A stretch of DNA of 64,000 nt, taken from NCBI GenBank assembly GCA_958296135.2, contig CATQHZ020000001.1, positions 1,152,001-1,216,000 on the forward strand, read 5' to 3'. The notes beneath the pieces are model-generated. The model was not told the origin of the DNA. It made no database searches and was given only the letters and a program-made list of their open reading frames with translations. Every line of letters starts with the position of its first letter. Within the stretch, counting starts at the first letter, position 1. The stretch is from an uncultured Poribacteria bacterium. GTDB taxonomy: Bacteria > Poribacteria > WGA-4E > WGA-3G. The position numbers were made by a program, and so were the translations under genes. Below are positions 18,100-29,736 of the stretch, in pieces.

Positions 18100-20403
18100 T
18101 CAGGAGGATTCATAAAGAAGCCGCTGAAGTTTTTCAACCGCTTCGCGGAGTTGATCTGTCCCTTTGAAAGCTTTGGCGATTTCAGAGACATTGCCGTACT
18201 CAGAAATAGGCGGAACATTTAAGGCATCAGGAATCTTCAGTTCCTTGTAGCCATGCTGACTGTATTTATCAAGCAGGGCCTGAAGGACGTACTGAGCCAA
18301 AGGGCCATAGTTGTTAAAAAAATCGGAAGCGTTTTGCACGGACTCGGCACGTTGTTTCCTCGTTTGAGTCGGTGCTCCGAAAGCAACGTTGCAGAACAAA
18401 TCAAAGGCATCCACGTCAGGTGCCTGTAATTCTTGGGCTAGTTGCTCCGTTTCAATACCGATCTCTTTCAACTCTTCAACGATTTGGCTTCGTGATTTCG
18501 GATCGAGCCATCTTTCGCGAAGTTCTGATTCGGATTGGTAGCGCGTATAGATTTGTTCGCCTGCGTATTCTGTGTAGGCTTTATGTTGCAGGTTTCCATC
18601 GTGGGTAAGGATGGAAACCCCTTCTTCGGCGATTGTTACGGTCCCTTCGTCGACGTAGAACTTTCGTTCACCGGTCCGGGCGGCGGTAGTGTTAACGTGA
18701 CTACGTTGTTTTCCGGTGGGTTCTTCGATGACTTCTTCCTCGGCGGAGAGTGGTTCGCCATCGAAATCAACGTCGTTAAAATGTTGGATGGAGGCACCTG
18801 TGTAGTCAAGGATATTGAAGGTGAACTTACCGTATTCCTCACAAACGCGGGTGCCTCTGCCGATCATCTGTTTGAATTCAACAATCGAACCAACCCCTCG
18901 GACAATAACAATGTTTTTGACCGTGGGTGCATCGACACCGGTGGTAAGGAGCCTAGAGGTAGTCACAATGCTAACAGAGTTGTCCTCAATATCCTGGAAT
19001 CGGCTGAGACGTTCACGTCCAAAATCACCTTCGTCGGCAGTGATGCGGCTGACATAGTCAGGAAACTTTTGGACATGCTCTGTGTTGAAGTTGGAGAGAA
19101 TCTCCCGCATGGTGTCCGCGTGCTCCTGGTTCACACAGAAGACAATGGTTTTGGCATAAGGATCTGCTTTCAGTAAATCTGTCAGATGCTGCGCTATCGC
19201 GACTGTCCGCGGCCGCAGTGCCAGCGTTTTATCAAAGTCTTCCGTGTTATACAGTTTGTCAGGTATTTCTGCGCCATAGCGATCTGTCTGTCCCTTTTCG
19301 GGTTGCCAACCGTGCGTGTCCGCTGTCGTTTGGATATTTCGGACGCGATAAGGCGCGAGAAACCCGTCTTGAATGCCTTGTTTGAGCGAATAGGTGTAGA
19401 CTGGTTCGCCGAAATATTGGTAGGTGTTCCGTGTTTCTTCGTGGAGCGGTGTCGCGGTCATACCGAGTTGCACCGCTGGCTCAAAGTGTTCAAGAATTGC
19501 GCGCCACAGGCTCTCATCTTGAGAAGAGCCGCGGTGGCACTCATCCACGATAATAAGGTCGAAGAAATCCCTTTCGTATCCACGGTAGAGCCCAAGGCGA
19601 TTTTCGCTTGGGCCTATGGATTGGTAAAGCGCGAAATAGATTTCTCGACTTTTTACTGCTTCGCCTTCGATCCGATGCCGTGCCTCGCCAAAAGCGGAAA
19701 ATTCTTTATTCATCGGGTCATCGACAAGAATTTTCCGATCTGATAAGTAGAGAATTTTCGGGCGATTTGGAGTGCCTTTGAGATTCCAGCGTTGATTCCA
19801 AAGTTTCCAACAAATTTGGAAAGCGGTGGTGGTTTTGCCGGTTCCCGTTGCCATTGTAAGGAGGATCCGCCTTTGTCCTTTTACAATAGCTGAGATGACT
19901 TCGTTGATCGCGATTTGCTGATAGTACCGGGGCGTTTTGCCGCCGGTGAGTTGGAACGGCGAAAGAATGAGGTCTGTCTCTTGTAAAGTGATGCCTTTGC
20001 TCGGGTGCAGACGATGCCACAGATTCACGGGAGTCGGCATTTCGTGGTATTGAGATTCTCTACCTGTGATGAAATCAAATTCCACAATCGCTTCGCCGTT
20101 TGTAGCGTAGGCAAATTTGAGCCCGAGCATCTCGGCATAGGTTTTCGCCTGCTGGATGCCATCGGATGGCAATTTATAGTTTGCCTTCGCCTCAACGACA
20201 GCAATTGGAAACTGGGGTTGCCGATAGTAGAGAATATAATCGGCGCGTCTCGCTTTTCCGCGCGTACCCTCCGCCTCTATTTTTCCATCAGTGAAGCGGA
20301 CCTCCCGTTTAAAGGCTGGCTCGTCAGGGGTGTTTGTATCGCGCCACCCGGCGGCTTTGAGTCGCGGATCGATGTTTCTGATGCGAGTCTTCGCTTCGTT
20401 CAT
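18100..20403 (-). CDS. hsdR: Type I restriction subunit R (EcoEI/EcoAI-like)
   Basis: ADYIL..VVEAK nuclease, MATGTGKT, DECHR, TATP, QMIGRGTR and an EcoEI-R-like C-terminus. Confidence 0.9.
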   Translation of the reverse strand: MNEAKTRIRNIDPRLKAAGWRDTNTPDEPAFKREVRFTDGKIEAEGTRGKARRADYILYYRQPQFPIAVVEAKANYKLPSDGIQQAKTYAEMLGLKFAYATNGEAIVEFDFITGRESQYHEMPTPVNLWHRLHPSKGITLQETDLILSPFQLTGGKTPRYYQQIAINEVISAIVKGQRRILLTMATGTGKTTTAFQICWKLWNQRWNLKGTPNRPKILYLSDRKILVDDPMNKEFSAFGEARHRIEGEAVKSREIYFALYQSIGPSENRLGLYRGYERDFFDLIIVDECHRGSSQDESLWRAILEHFEPAVQLGMTATPLHEETRNTYQYFGEPVYTYSLKQGIQDGFLAPYRVRNIQTTADTHGWQPEKGQTDRYGAEIPDKLYNTEDFDKTLALRPRTVAIAQHLTDLLKADPYAKTIVFCVNQEHADTMREILSNFNTEHVQKFPDYVSRITADEGDFGRERLSRFQDIEDNSVSIVTTSRLLTTGVDAPTVKNIVIVRGVGSIVEFKQMIGRGTRVCEEYGKFTFNILDYTGASIQHFNDVDFDGEPLSAEEEVIEEPTGKQRSHVNTTAARTGERKFYVDEGTVTIAEEGVSILTHDGNLQHKAYTEYAGEQIYTRYQSESELRERWLDPKSRSQIVEELKEIGIETEQLAQELQAPDVDAFDLFCNVAFGAPTQTRKQRAESVQNASDFFNNYGPLAQYVLQALLDKYSQHGYKELKIPDALNVPPISEYGNVSEIAKAFKGTDQLREAVEKLQRLLYESS

Positions 20404-20506
20404 AATCAAAAACCCTTGATGTTCCAATCTGAGCGGGCGGATATAGAAATCCGCCCTGACACCCCAGGATATTCTGGAAGTCCCTCTTGAGATTCTTAGA
20501 TGTTAC

Positions 20507-20535
20507 ATTATACACTGCATCACCGTTTTTGTCAA
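20507..20535 (-). promoter_or_regulatory. Consensus sigma70 promoter of hsdR
   Basis: Minus strand TTGACA-17-TATAAT, a perfect match. Confidence 0.7.
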
Positions 20536-20632
20536 ACCTTTTTTAATTCGTTGACAATTCGCCTGAAGCATTGTTGAGTTTCCGGTTACCTTATACAGAT
20601 TGGGTTAATGCTGGCAGGCGCGAGAGTCCGCG

Positions 20633-22192
20633 TTAGGAATTAAAAAAACCTAGGTATTCGGGAGGGGTTGTGACGAGCATTTCCCCACCCTCCTGATTGG
20701 AGTGCAACAACCAATTTTCACACCGGCTCTTCCAATTTTCCCATCTCGCCTTCATTTGCTCTCGTGTGACATCCAAGCACTCCCAGAGTTCCGAGAGTCC
20801 TGGATCGTTATGGAGAAGATCCGCGGCACGCTGTTTTATTTCGTCGGCACGCTGTTTTATTTCGTCGGCACGCTGTTTTATTTCGTATGTCTCGGAAAGG
20901 AAATCCCAAGGCACCCGTAACGGAGTGCTATTCGGAAAAGCGATTTCTGCCGCTAATTCATGGATGCTCAGTGCCATGTAATACGCGACGAGGGAAGCAC
21001 GATAGGTGAAGTCATCCTCAAATATGAGCCGCAGCCATTCCCACTTGTTATAAGCATTTGCCAGATCTTTCCAACACTCTTTACGATCTAGCAGCAATTC
21101 GCAGTCGCCCATAAGGTGGGGATTTTCCCAGACACGCGTCGTCCCGGAAGACTCAATTGCAAAGGGGACTTTTTCTCGGGCTAAACCCAAGGCGCGAGTT
21201 AACTGCTTCGTGTTGAGGCACAGTGCTCCGTGCAGGCTATGATACACATAACCGAGCGCGTAGGGAATCTGCACCCAAGTTTGGCTCCAGGGTTGGGTGT
21301 TATTGCCCTGCCAGCCACGGATAGTTAACAGGGCACTGAGCAACGATTTTTGATCATTGAACCGCTCGTTTCCTGATTCAACTCCCGCAAGGGCGACAGA
21401 GATTAAGGGCGCAACAATGTCAACGGCCTTATTTACGGCTTGGAACCGGTTTGCAATATCAACAGCCTTATTTACGGCTTGGAACCGGTTTGCTACGTTT
21501 CCCGGTGGTTGTGAATCTAGTTCCTTTTGTCTCCACTGCACTAACGATTGGAATGCATCGGAGCGAATGCTCTTAAGGAGTTGTTGCAAACCAATGGTGT
21601 CTCCCGCTCTAGCAAGTTTGATTGCCGAACGGTAGGCGTGAGATGCGGATTCAACTTTTTCGGGAATGTTGAGAAGGTGGTTGCTTGATACTTCAGGCGC
21701 GGAAGGTTGGCCAGCGTACGGATTTTTCCCTATTGGCGGTTTTTGGATACGCTGTGCTTGGTGGATTTCCCGCAGCAATTCATCGAATTTCTCGTCAAAT
21801 TGGTTGTCATCCGTGAAGTCAATATAGACCCGCGTTCGGAGAAAATCTGGAGTTTTCTTATTACCGGAAGATTGCCGGATGATAGGGATAAATTTCGTTG
21901 TTTCCGAATTCTGATAGAGCTCGGCTGTGATCATTGTGCCCTCATATCCTACGCCCCTTTTCCGGGCATTCGCTTTTTCCACGTAATAAGGGGTGCATAT
22001 CACAATGACCCTATCAGCGTCCCTAACGCCACTTTCTACGAAAAGCGTTAGGTCTCCACCAGGGCTTAAATCCCACTGGTCAAGGATTGCGTCAACCCCG
22101 TTTTCGCAAAGTTTGGTGCAAAGATATCGCACCCATTTCTTATGCTCAAGAGAGTCGTGGGAATATGAAGCGAATACTTTAGGATTTTTCAT
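20633..22192 (-). CDS. TIR/SEFIR-domain protein with a helical C-terminal region
   Basis: KVFASYSHDS..HK.WV, LDQWDL.PG and GVGYE (TIR glutamate); AAGGA SD before ATG 22192. Confidence 0.85.
   Translation of the reverse strand: MKNPKVFASYSHDSLEHKKWVRYLCTKLCENGVDAILDQWDLSPGGDLTLFVESGVRDADRVIVICTPYYVEKANARKRGVGYEGTMITAELYQNSETTKFIPIIRQSSGNKKTPDFLRTRVYIDFTDDNQFDEKFDELLREIHQAQRIQKPPIGKNPYAGQPSAPEVSSNHLLNIPEKVESASHAYRSAIKLARAGDTIGLQQLLKSIRSDAFQSLVQWRQKELDSQPPGNVANRFQAVNKAVDIANRFQAVNKAVDIVAPLISVALAGVESGNERFNDQKSLLSALLTIRGWQGNNTQPWSQTWVQIPYALGYVYHSLHGALCLNTKQLTRALGLAREKVPFAIESSGTTRVWENPHLMGDCELLLDRKECWKDLANAYNKWEWLRLIFEDDFTYRASLVAYYMALSIHELAAEIAFPNSTPLRVPWDFLSETYEIKQRADEIKQRADEIKQRAADLLHNDPGLSELWECLDVTREQMKARWENWKSRCENWLLHSNQEGGEMLVTTPPEYLGFFNS
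20824..20886. repeat. 21-bp perfect tandem repeat x3 (EIKQRAD) inside the TIR gene
   Basis: cggcacgctgttttatttcgt x3. Confidence 0.9.
21420..21497. repeat. 39-bp tandem duplication (ANRFQAVNKAVDI x2) inside the TIR gene
   Basis: tcaac[g/a]gccttatttacggcttggaaccggtttgc x2. Confidence 0.9.
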
Positions 22193-22307
22193 CGTTTTCC
22201 TTACCTTCAGGATTTCCGCAAGTTCCGTAATTTCAATCGGGGGACGCGACAAAGAGCGCGGGGGCCGCATATTAAGGTTCTATAGACTTCCGAACTACAG
22301 AGATTAA

Positions 22308-22985
22308 TTATGAAGCATCACTGCGAGGACCCATCGACTCCCGCAAACTCCGCTTCAACTCTTTGGAAATCGGATATCCCTCAATCTTCTCAAGGATTTC
22401 CGCGTCGGTCATCCCCTTTTCCTTGAGGTTATCAAGCACCCGTTTGAAGAGTTCCTCAAAACCAAACTTCGCTAAGGCACTGCCGATAAAGGTTGACGCA
22501 AGCAGAATAACGATGCCACCGAGGATACCGCCCGGGCCGAGAATAGTCAAGCCGGCAGTAATCGCTGCCGCACCTGCTACACCTGAAACTGACACCGCGA
22601 CAAGCAAGACGAGTCCGGGGATGCCCAATCCTGCGATGATCTCGGCGGCTTTGTCGATGGAAAGCACGTCTTTTTTGAGCTGCCGGGTCCATTCGGGCCA
22701 TTGGAATGTGGGAGTCTCCGGTTCTGTCTCCTTGGTGAGGGATGGCGCGAGGAATGCGGCGAGTTGCCTGCACGCGAAACTGATATCGCCGAGGGAGGCA
22801 TCGGCGGGGAGTTCGTCAAATAGGCCATCAGGCACTGCGTCAATCGTTTGCAACCGGGCCAGCGTGTTGTTAAATTGTGTAATGCATCGGGATTCGCCGC
22901 CTTGGATAGCGGGTTCTTCTGTCAGTTCGGCTGTCTGCCCGAGCATGTGATAGAGGGACCAGAGTTCCTGTTGATGTTTTTCCAT
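22308..22985 (-). CDS. Hypothetical membrane protein with a Gly/Ala-rich hydrophobic hairpin
   Basis: ATG 22985 (MEKHQQ) after AGGA; segment AGLGIPGLVLL...GPGGILGG. Confidence 0.65.
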   Translation of the reverse strand: MEKHQQELWSLYHMLGQTAELTEEPAIQGGESRCITQFNNTLARLQTIDAVPDGLFDELPADASLGDISFACRQLAAFLAPSLTKETEPETPTFQWPEWTRQLKKDVLSIDKAAEIIAGLGIPGLVLLVAVSVSGVAGAAAITAGLTILGPGGILGGIVILLASTFIGSALAKFGFEELFKRVLDNLKEKGMTDAEILEKIEGYPISKELKRSLRESMGPRSDAS

Positions 22986-23071
22986 GGTTATTGTCCTATT
23001 TCTTACGCAGTATGAGCCGCGTAAGCGCGGTTTGAAACCGCGCCTACGGGACGCGAATGATGGCATTCGCT

Positions 23072-24775
<1,704 letters not shown>

Positions 24776-24842
24776 TTAATTCAGTATCAAAGAACTGATT
24801 GGGCGGTCTGCCTGCGCGGCTGCGCGATGGCGACCGCGGTGT

Positions 24843-25133
24843 TTAGCTCACCTTGGCTAGGATGTCATCCTCGCGCAAGATGAGATACTCTGTGCCGTTG
24901 TAGGTTACCTCGGTGCCGCCATATTTGGCGAAAAGCACCAGGTCGCCGATGGCGACATCAACGGATTGACGTTCACCGCTGTCCAGCAGTCGGCCGTTTC
25001 CGACGGCTACGACTTCGCCTTCCTGCGGTTTTTCCTTTGCGGTATCGGGGATGATAATCCCACCGCTGGTGGTCTGCTCATCTTCGTCGGACCGTTTGAC
25101 GAGTATGCGATCGCCAAGAGGTACAAGTGCCAT
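24843..25133 (-). CDS. groS: Co-chaperonin GroES
   Basis: [24 protein letters not shown] and KYGGTEV motifs; AGGAGG SD. Confidence 0.98.
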   Translation of the reverse strand: MALVPLGDRILVKRSDEDEQTTSGGIIIPDTAKEKPQEGEVVAVGNGRLLDSGERQSVDVAIGDLVLFAKYGGTEVTYNGTEYLILREDDILAKVS

Positions 25134-25258
25134 TGTTTTCAATTCCTCCTTATGTCGTGCGTGCTGGCAATGCACGCTTACAAAAACAGAAGTCCCGGTT
25201 GCGATTTCCGGGGTTTTCGGACGTTGCGAGTGCATCGTCTTCATTACGCTTAATATAT

Positions 25259-25275
25259 AGCAAAATTCGTGCCAA
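25259..25275 (-). promoter_or_regulatory. sigma54 (-24/-12) promoter of groESL
   Basis: Minus strand TTGGCACGAATTTTGCT matches the consensus YTGGCACG-N4-TTGCW. Confidence 0.8.
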
Positions 25276-25316
25276 TTCGCGCGAGCTGTGTAGACTAGCG
25301 GTCCGCGCGAAAGTTG

Positions 25317-25394
25317 TGACATTCTGGCAGGTTTTTAAGTGTGACAAATTGTCATATATTCATGTGATTGGCGTTAGGGTATGCCATTTTGGCA
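25317..25394. promoter_or_regulatory. Three TGNCA-N3-TGNCA palindromes (putative activator binding sites)
   Basis: TGACATTCTGGCA 25317-25329, TGACAAATTGTCA 25342-25354, TGCCATTTTGGCA 25382-25394. Confidence 0.6.
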
Positions 25395-25538
25395 CACCTA
25401 TTTCGGTGGAAATTGGGGAGTGGCGGCCGTATTCCGCGTCCCGCGTAGGGCTGGCGCGTTCAAATTACAATAGCGGGCCCGAACGCGCGCGTGCGCGGGC
25501 GGCCGCCAAGCGACGTTCGCGGGGCCCAGGCCCCCGCG

Positions 25539-26024
25539 CTACGTTCCAAGGGTGGGGTTTTCTGCGACGATAGCCTCGGTGGACAGCGGCTGCCTTCTGT
25601 CGCTCACGGGTGCGTCTAACACAGGGGAGGTTTCCTCTTCCGCTGTTTCAAACTGCACGAGCGGCTCAATGGAAATCCGACAGCCGAAGGTGTTCAGCAG
25701 CGTCTGAAGCGTGCTGAGGCAGTGGTGCGCCTCGTCGCTGCCTAACATGTCCAAGAAGGTTTGCGGTGCCACGTCAGTCTGCTTTGCAAGTGCGGCAATG
25801 CCGCCTTGTGCCTCAATGACGCTCTCAATGGCGGACATCACGGCAAGAGGATTGCCGAAGAGTTGGAAGTCTTCCATGACAGCGTGGAGAAAGCCGATTG
25901 CTTCCTCCCGGTCGGCAAGGCGTTCGACGAGGTATTCGCGCCAATCTCCGGTGTCGCTCAAGTCCAGCGTGTCGTTTAAATCTAGTGTGTCACTCAGCAG
26001 TTTTCGCAGTTGTGCGTTACGCAT
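25539..26024 (-). CDS. Addiction-module antidote-like HTH protein (HI1420/HigA-like), no adjacent toxin
   Basis: L.DREEAIGFL.A.....AI..V.EAQGGIAALAKQT...TLQTLL..FG pattern. Confidence 0.65.
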   Translation of the reverse strand: MRNAQLRKLLSDTLDLNDTLDLSDTGDWREYLVERLADREEAIGFLHAVMEDFQLFGNPLAVMSAIESVIEAQGGIAALAKQTDVAPQTFLDMLGSDEAHHCLSTLQTLLNTFGCRISIEPLVQFETAEEETSPVLDAPVSDRRQPLSTEAIVAENPTLGT

Positions 26025-26157
26025 TGATAATTTCTCGATAGTGCGCGGACGGGTGTGGACGACATCCGCCTTTACAGTCATTTGGTTCGGGCGGATAGAG
26101 ACATCCGCCCTTACAGTCCGGGCGTGGGTGGCTCTGAACGCTGTCTGCCCAGTCGTT

Positions 26158-29100
26158 CTACGCTTTTGGCAGTGTTGGCAGCGTCAAACGCGGGCGTTCG
26201 CCGAAATCGGGGAGTTGCGGCGGGTTTTCCGCCATCTGCTGAAGAATCTCCGCGATTGCCCTGTCCAGCTGCGGATCGCGTTCATCAAAATAATCTTGTG
26301 GCCGGTAATCAACTTCAATATCCGGGTCTGTGCCGTAATTCTCGATGCTCCAGCCGACATCCTTGAACCAGTGGGAGTACTCCGGTTGCGTTGTTCCGCC
26401 GCCGTCGACGAACCCCTGATGCGGTGCGATGCCGATGACACCGCCCCACGTCCGTTTTCCGATGAGCAGCCCTAGTTCCATCAGTTTGAAGCAGTGCGAG
26501 AAAATGTCGCCATCGGAGCCGGCGTTCTCGTTTGTGACTGCTACCATCGGACCGAGGATGGAGGCATCTGGGTAAGGGTTCGGCGTGCCCCAGCGCGGCA
26601 CATCATATCCGATGCGGCGGCGTGACAACTTCTCCAAGATGAGCTGCGAGACATGTCCGCCGCCGTTATAGCGCACGTCCACGATTAAGGAGGGATGACT
26701 GACTTCGGCGAGGAAGCCGCGGTGGAATTCGGCATACCCGCGCCCCATCATGTCGGGGATGTGGACGTATCCGACTTTTCCATCGGTTTTCTGGTGAACG
26801 TACTGCCGATTTTGGGATACCCAGTCGCGATACCGAAGTTCGCGTTCACTGCGGAGTGCCTTGAGGGTGAGTGTGCGTTTCTCGCCGTTTTCGGCGTTTT
26901 GGAAGGTGGCTTGCACCTCTTGCCCTGCGAGGTTGACGAGCAGTTCGCCGGGGGTGACTTGTTGACTGACGCGCTGTCCACCGATTGCCAGCAAGATGTC
27001 ATTTGCGCTGAGATTCATGCCGGGTGCGTTGAGCGGTGAATCTTTCGTTGCTTCCCATGCATCGCCGTGCGGGATGCGCGCAATGCGGTAGCCGTTGTGC
27101 TCGGTATCGTAGGTGAAATCTGCGCCGAGGAACCCTTGCGCGTAGTTTGGCGAGCTGCGGTAATCGCCGCCGGATTCATAAGCGTGCGAGGTGCCGAGTT
27201 CCCCCTGCATTTCCCACATCAGGTCGGAAAATTCGGCGCGCGTTGCAACGCGTGCGAGCAGCGGCAGGTAGCGTTGATACACCTGCTCCCAATCGACACC
27301 GGACATATCGGCTGTCCAGAAGTAATCGCGTTGGAGCCGCCACGCTTCGCGATACATCTGATGCCACTCAGTTGCAGGAACGACGGATGCCTTGACGCGG
27401 TTGAGTTCGATCCAACCGTTCTGTCGGTTCGGTCTGCCGCGATTTTCAGGTTTCTGTTCATCTTCCGCCTTTTTGCCTGCCTTGAGGACGCGGAGCCGAT
27501 TCCCGGCGCGATAGGCGAGCGTTTTGCCATCGCGGGAGAGTTGGAATGTATCTACGCCTGAGGCGAGTTTCTCCTTTTTCTGCTCCTTGAAATCGTAAGC
27601 GTGGAGTATGCCTTTCGGTTTCTCGGCGCTAGCGGTACTTCCCGGTGCGGGAAGGGTATGTTGCATCGGGTAGGCGGTGAAAATCGCTTTGTTGTCAATA
27701 CCAGCAATTAGCCCGTAACGTCCCTGTGGATAGGGGAAAGCGACGATGCGCTGCGAGATGCCGTCCATCTCAATGCAAATCGGTTTATCTTCGTCGCTCT
27801 TTTCTTCTGTCGTAGCGGCAGCATCGCGAGGGCCGGGCCCTTGCGCCCCGTTATCGGAGGTGTCGGTATTCTCCTCGTCCTTCGGTTCTTCAAGCGGCCG
27901 GGGCTGCGGGATGAACGGATTCGGGAGTTCTTTCTGCAACGTAACGAGCATGGGCCGCGTTGCTAGTGGGAACCCGAGGTCGAAGTATAGCGCGTCGTAG
28001 ACAGGGTTGAATTCGCGGATGGAGAGGAAGTAAAGGTATTTTCCCGCTGGGTCCCAGGCGGGCGCGCCATCCATAAATTCTGGATGCGTGACGAACCACG
28101 TTTCGGTTGTGTCAACCTTGCAGAGTTTGATGGAAGCCGTGGTCTCCGTTGCGGGGAAGCTATAGGCGAGCCAGTTGCCGTCGGGTGCCCATGCTGCGCT
28201 TCGGATGCGGTTATGGTGGCTTTTGTCAAGCACGCGCACCTCCTGCGTCTCTAAATCCACGAGGAGCAATTCAAACCGCTGGTTGGTGATAAGCACCTGG
28301 TCCTTCTTGGGCGAGACTGCGAGTTGTCTGACGTGTCCGATGTCAAGCGTGTCGAGGCGCACTGGTTCCGCGCTGCCATCGCAGGTATGGATTTCAAGTG
28401 CTTCTTCGCCATCGGCATCGGAGAGCGTCACGATGCGTTTTCCGTCGTTGAGCCATTGCGTGAATCGGTATCGCGCGCCGTCTCGTTGTCCGTGCTGGAG
28501 GACAGCGCCTTCCCAATTCGCCATGGTAAAAGGTTTGCCGCGGACTGTCAACGCTAAGGCGTGGCCGTCAGGCGTTAGCGCGCAATCCTGCAGGTACTTC
28601 GTCGTGCTGACGAACTTCCGTTGCCGTTGGATGCGCGGGCTGTGGAATTCGACGTTGACTTGGGAATTCTGCTTGGTATCGGGTTCGTACACCCACAAAT
28701 CTGCGCCTGCGTGGTAGACAATATTCTTGCCATCGGTGTGCGCGGCGCGGCAGTAGTAGTCTTCGTGGTGCGTGTGGCGTTGCAAATCGTCGCCGGTCGG
28801 GAGGCAGGAATAGATATTTCCGATTCCCTCGTGGTCCGAAATAAAATAGATGCGTTCGCCTATCCACATGGGCGTGGTGAAATTTCCCTCGGCGGGCATG
28901 AGGAGTTGAAAGAAGCTGTTGCAATCCCGGTCGATCCAGATTTGACCGGCGGTGCCGCCGCGGTAGCGTTTCCATCGTGCCGGGTCGCGTGTTAATCGGC
29001 CGATGACAACGCCGCCTTCGTCGCCAAAAGTGATATGGTTGGCGGGGCCATAGGGGAGCCGTTTCGGTTCGCCGCCCTCGGCCGGGACGCTCCAAATCCA

Positions 29101-29433
29101 CGGGTCGAACGCTGAATTGGCACTGCTGGCGTAGTAAACCCCGGTTTGCGCCGGGTTCCAATCAGCGATGCTGACGTTGCTTCCCTGATAGGTGAGCCGT
29201 TTCGCTTCACCGCCGATGGCTGGCATGACGTAGACTTCCGTAGGACCCTCTTCACTTCCTGCGAATGCGATGCGTTTGCTGTCGCAGGATAAGCGGGGTG
29301 AGCCTACCGCGCTGAGGTTTGACGTGAGCCGCCGTGCGATACCGCCGCTGATGGGGACAGTCCACAAATCGTCTTCACAGACAAAAACAATGGTATCTTG
29401 CGCAATTGTCGGGGCTCTGTAGTATCCTGACAT
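26158..29433 (-). CDS. Tricorn protease (peptidase S41B)
   Basis: FVCEDDLW, WKRYRGG, PDZ region, GYVHIPDM, DVRYNGGG, AGSDGDIF and GKRTWGG motifs. Confidence 0.95.
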   Translation of the reverse strand: MSGYYRAPTIAQDTIVFVCEDDLWTVPISGGIARRLTSNLSAVGSPRLSCDSKRIAFAGSEEGPTEVYVMPAIGGEAKRLTYQGSNVSIADWNPAQTGVYYASSANSAFDPWIWSVPAEGGEPKRLPYGPANHITFGDEGGVVIGRLTRDPARWKRYRGGTAGQIWIDRDCNSFFQLLMPAEGNFTTPMWIGERIYFISDHEGIGNIYSCLPTGDDLQRHTHHEDYYCRAAHTDGKNIVYHAGADLWVYEPDTKQNSQVNVEFHSPRIQRQRKFVSTTKYLQDCALTPDGHALALTVRGKPFTMANWEGAVLQHGQRDGARYRFTQWLNDGKRIVTLSDADGEEALEIHTCDGSAEPVRLDTLDIGHVRQLAVSPKKDQVLITNQRFELLLVDLETQEVRVLDKSHHNRIRSAAWAPDGNWLAYSFPATETTASIKLCKVDTTETWFVTHPEFMDGAPAWDPAGKYLYFLSIREFNPVYDALYFDLGFPLATRPMLVTLQKELPNPFIPQPRPLEEPKDEENTDTSDNGAQGPGPRDAAATTEEKSDEDKPICIEMDGISQRIVAFPYPQGRYGLIAGIDNKAIFTAYPMQHTLPAPGSTASAEKPKGILHAYDFKEQKKEKLASGVDTFQLSRDGKTLAYRAGNRLRVLKAGKKAEDEQKPENRGRPNRQNGWIELNRVKASVVPATEWHQMYREAWRLQRDYFWTADMSGVDWEQVYQRYLPLLARVATRAEFSDLMWEMQGELGTSHAYESGGDYRSSPNYAQGFLGADFTYDTEHNGYRIARIPHGDAWEATKDSPLNAPGMNLSANDILLAIGGQRVSQQVTPGELLVNLAGQEVQATFQNAENGEKRTLTLKALRSERELRYRDWVSQNRQYVHQKTDGKVGYVHIPDMMGRGYAEFHRGFLAEVSHPSLIVDVRYNGGGHVSQLILEKLSRRRIGYDVPRWGTPNPYPDASILGPMVAVTNENAGSDGDIFSHCFKLMELGLLIGKRTWGGVIGIAPHQGFVDGGGTTQPEYSHWFKDVGWSIENYGTDPDIEVDYRPQDYFDERDPQLDRAIAEILQQMAENPPQLPDFGERPRLTLPTLPKA

Positions 29434-29577
29434 TTTTATTTCTCGCTATGCGTTGTTCAACTGCTGTTGTGCAGAGAAGGTTGGTTTACCAGGCTGCATT
29501 GACGTTGTTGATGTTTATGTTCCTGGTATTTCTTAATCAAATATATGTTCAATTTGGCTCGGATGCCGTGTTCAAAA

Positions 29578-29730
29578 TCAGCATCGAGACGCGGGAGGCA
29601 TCGAGCCCGAGGTCTCTCCTACCGGGAGGGGAGTCGAGACCAGGAGGTCTCTCCTACCGGGAGGGGAGTCGAGACCGGGAGGTCTCTCCTACCGGGAGGC
29701 CTCGAGCCCCGAGGTCTCTCCTACCGGGGC
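29578..29730. repeat. Second REP family (GTAGGAGAGACCTCC[T/C]GGTCTCGA), tandem copies
   Basis: About 4 copies of (tcgagacc/a)ggaggtctctcctaccggg; same family as 33700-33930. Confidence 0.85.
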
Positions 29731-29736
29731 TTCCGA

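Noticed and set aside
25133-25260. CIRCE/HrcA operator before groES
   Set aside because: No TTAGCACTC-N9-GAGTGCTAA match found.
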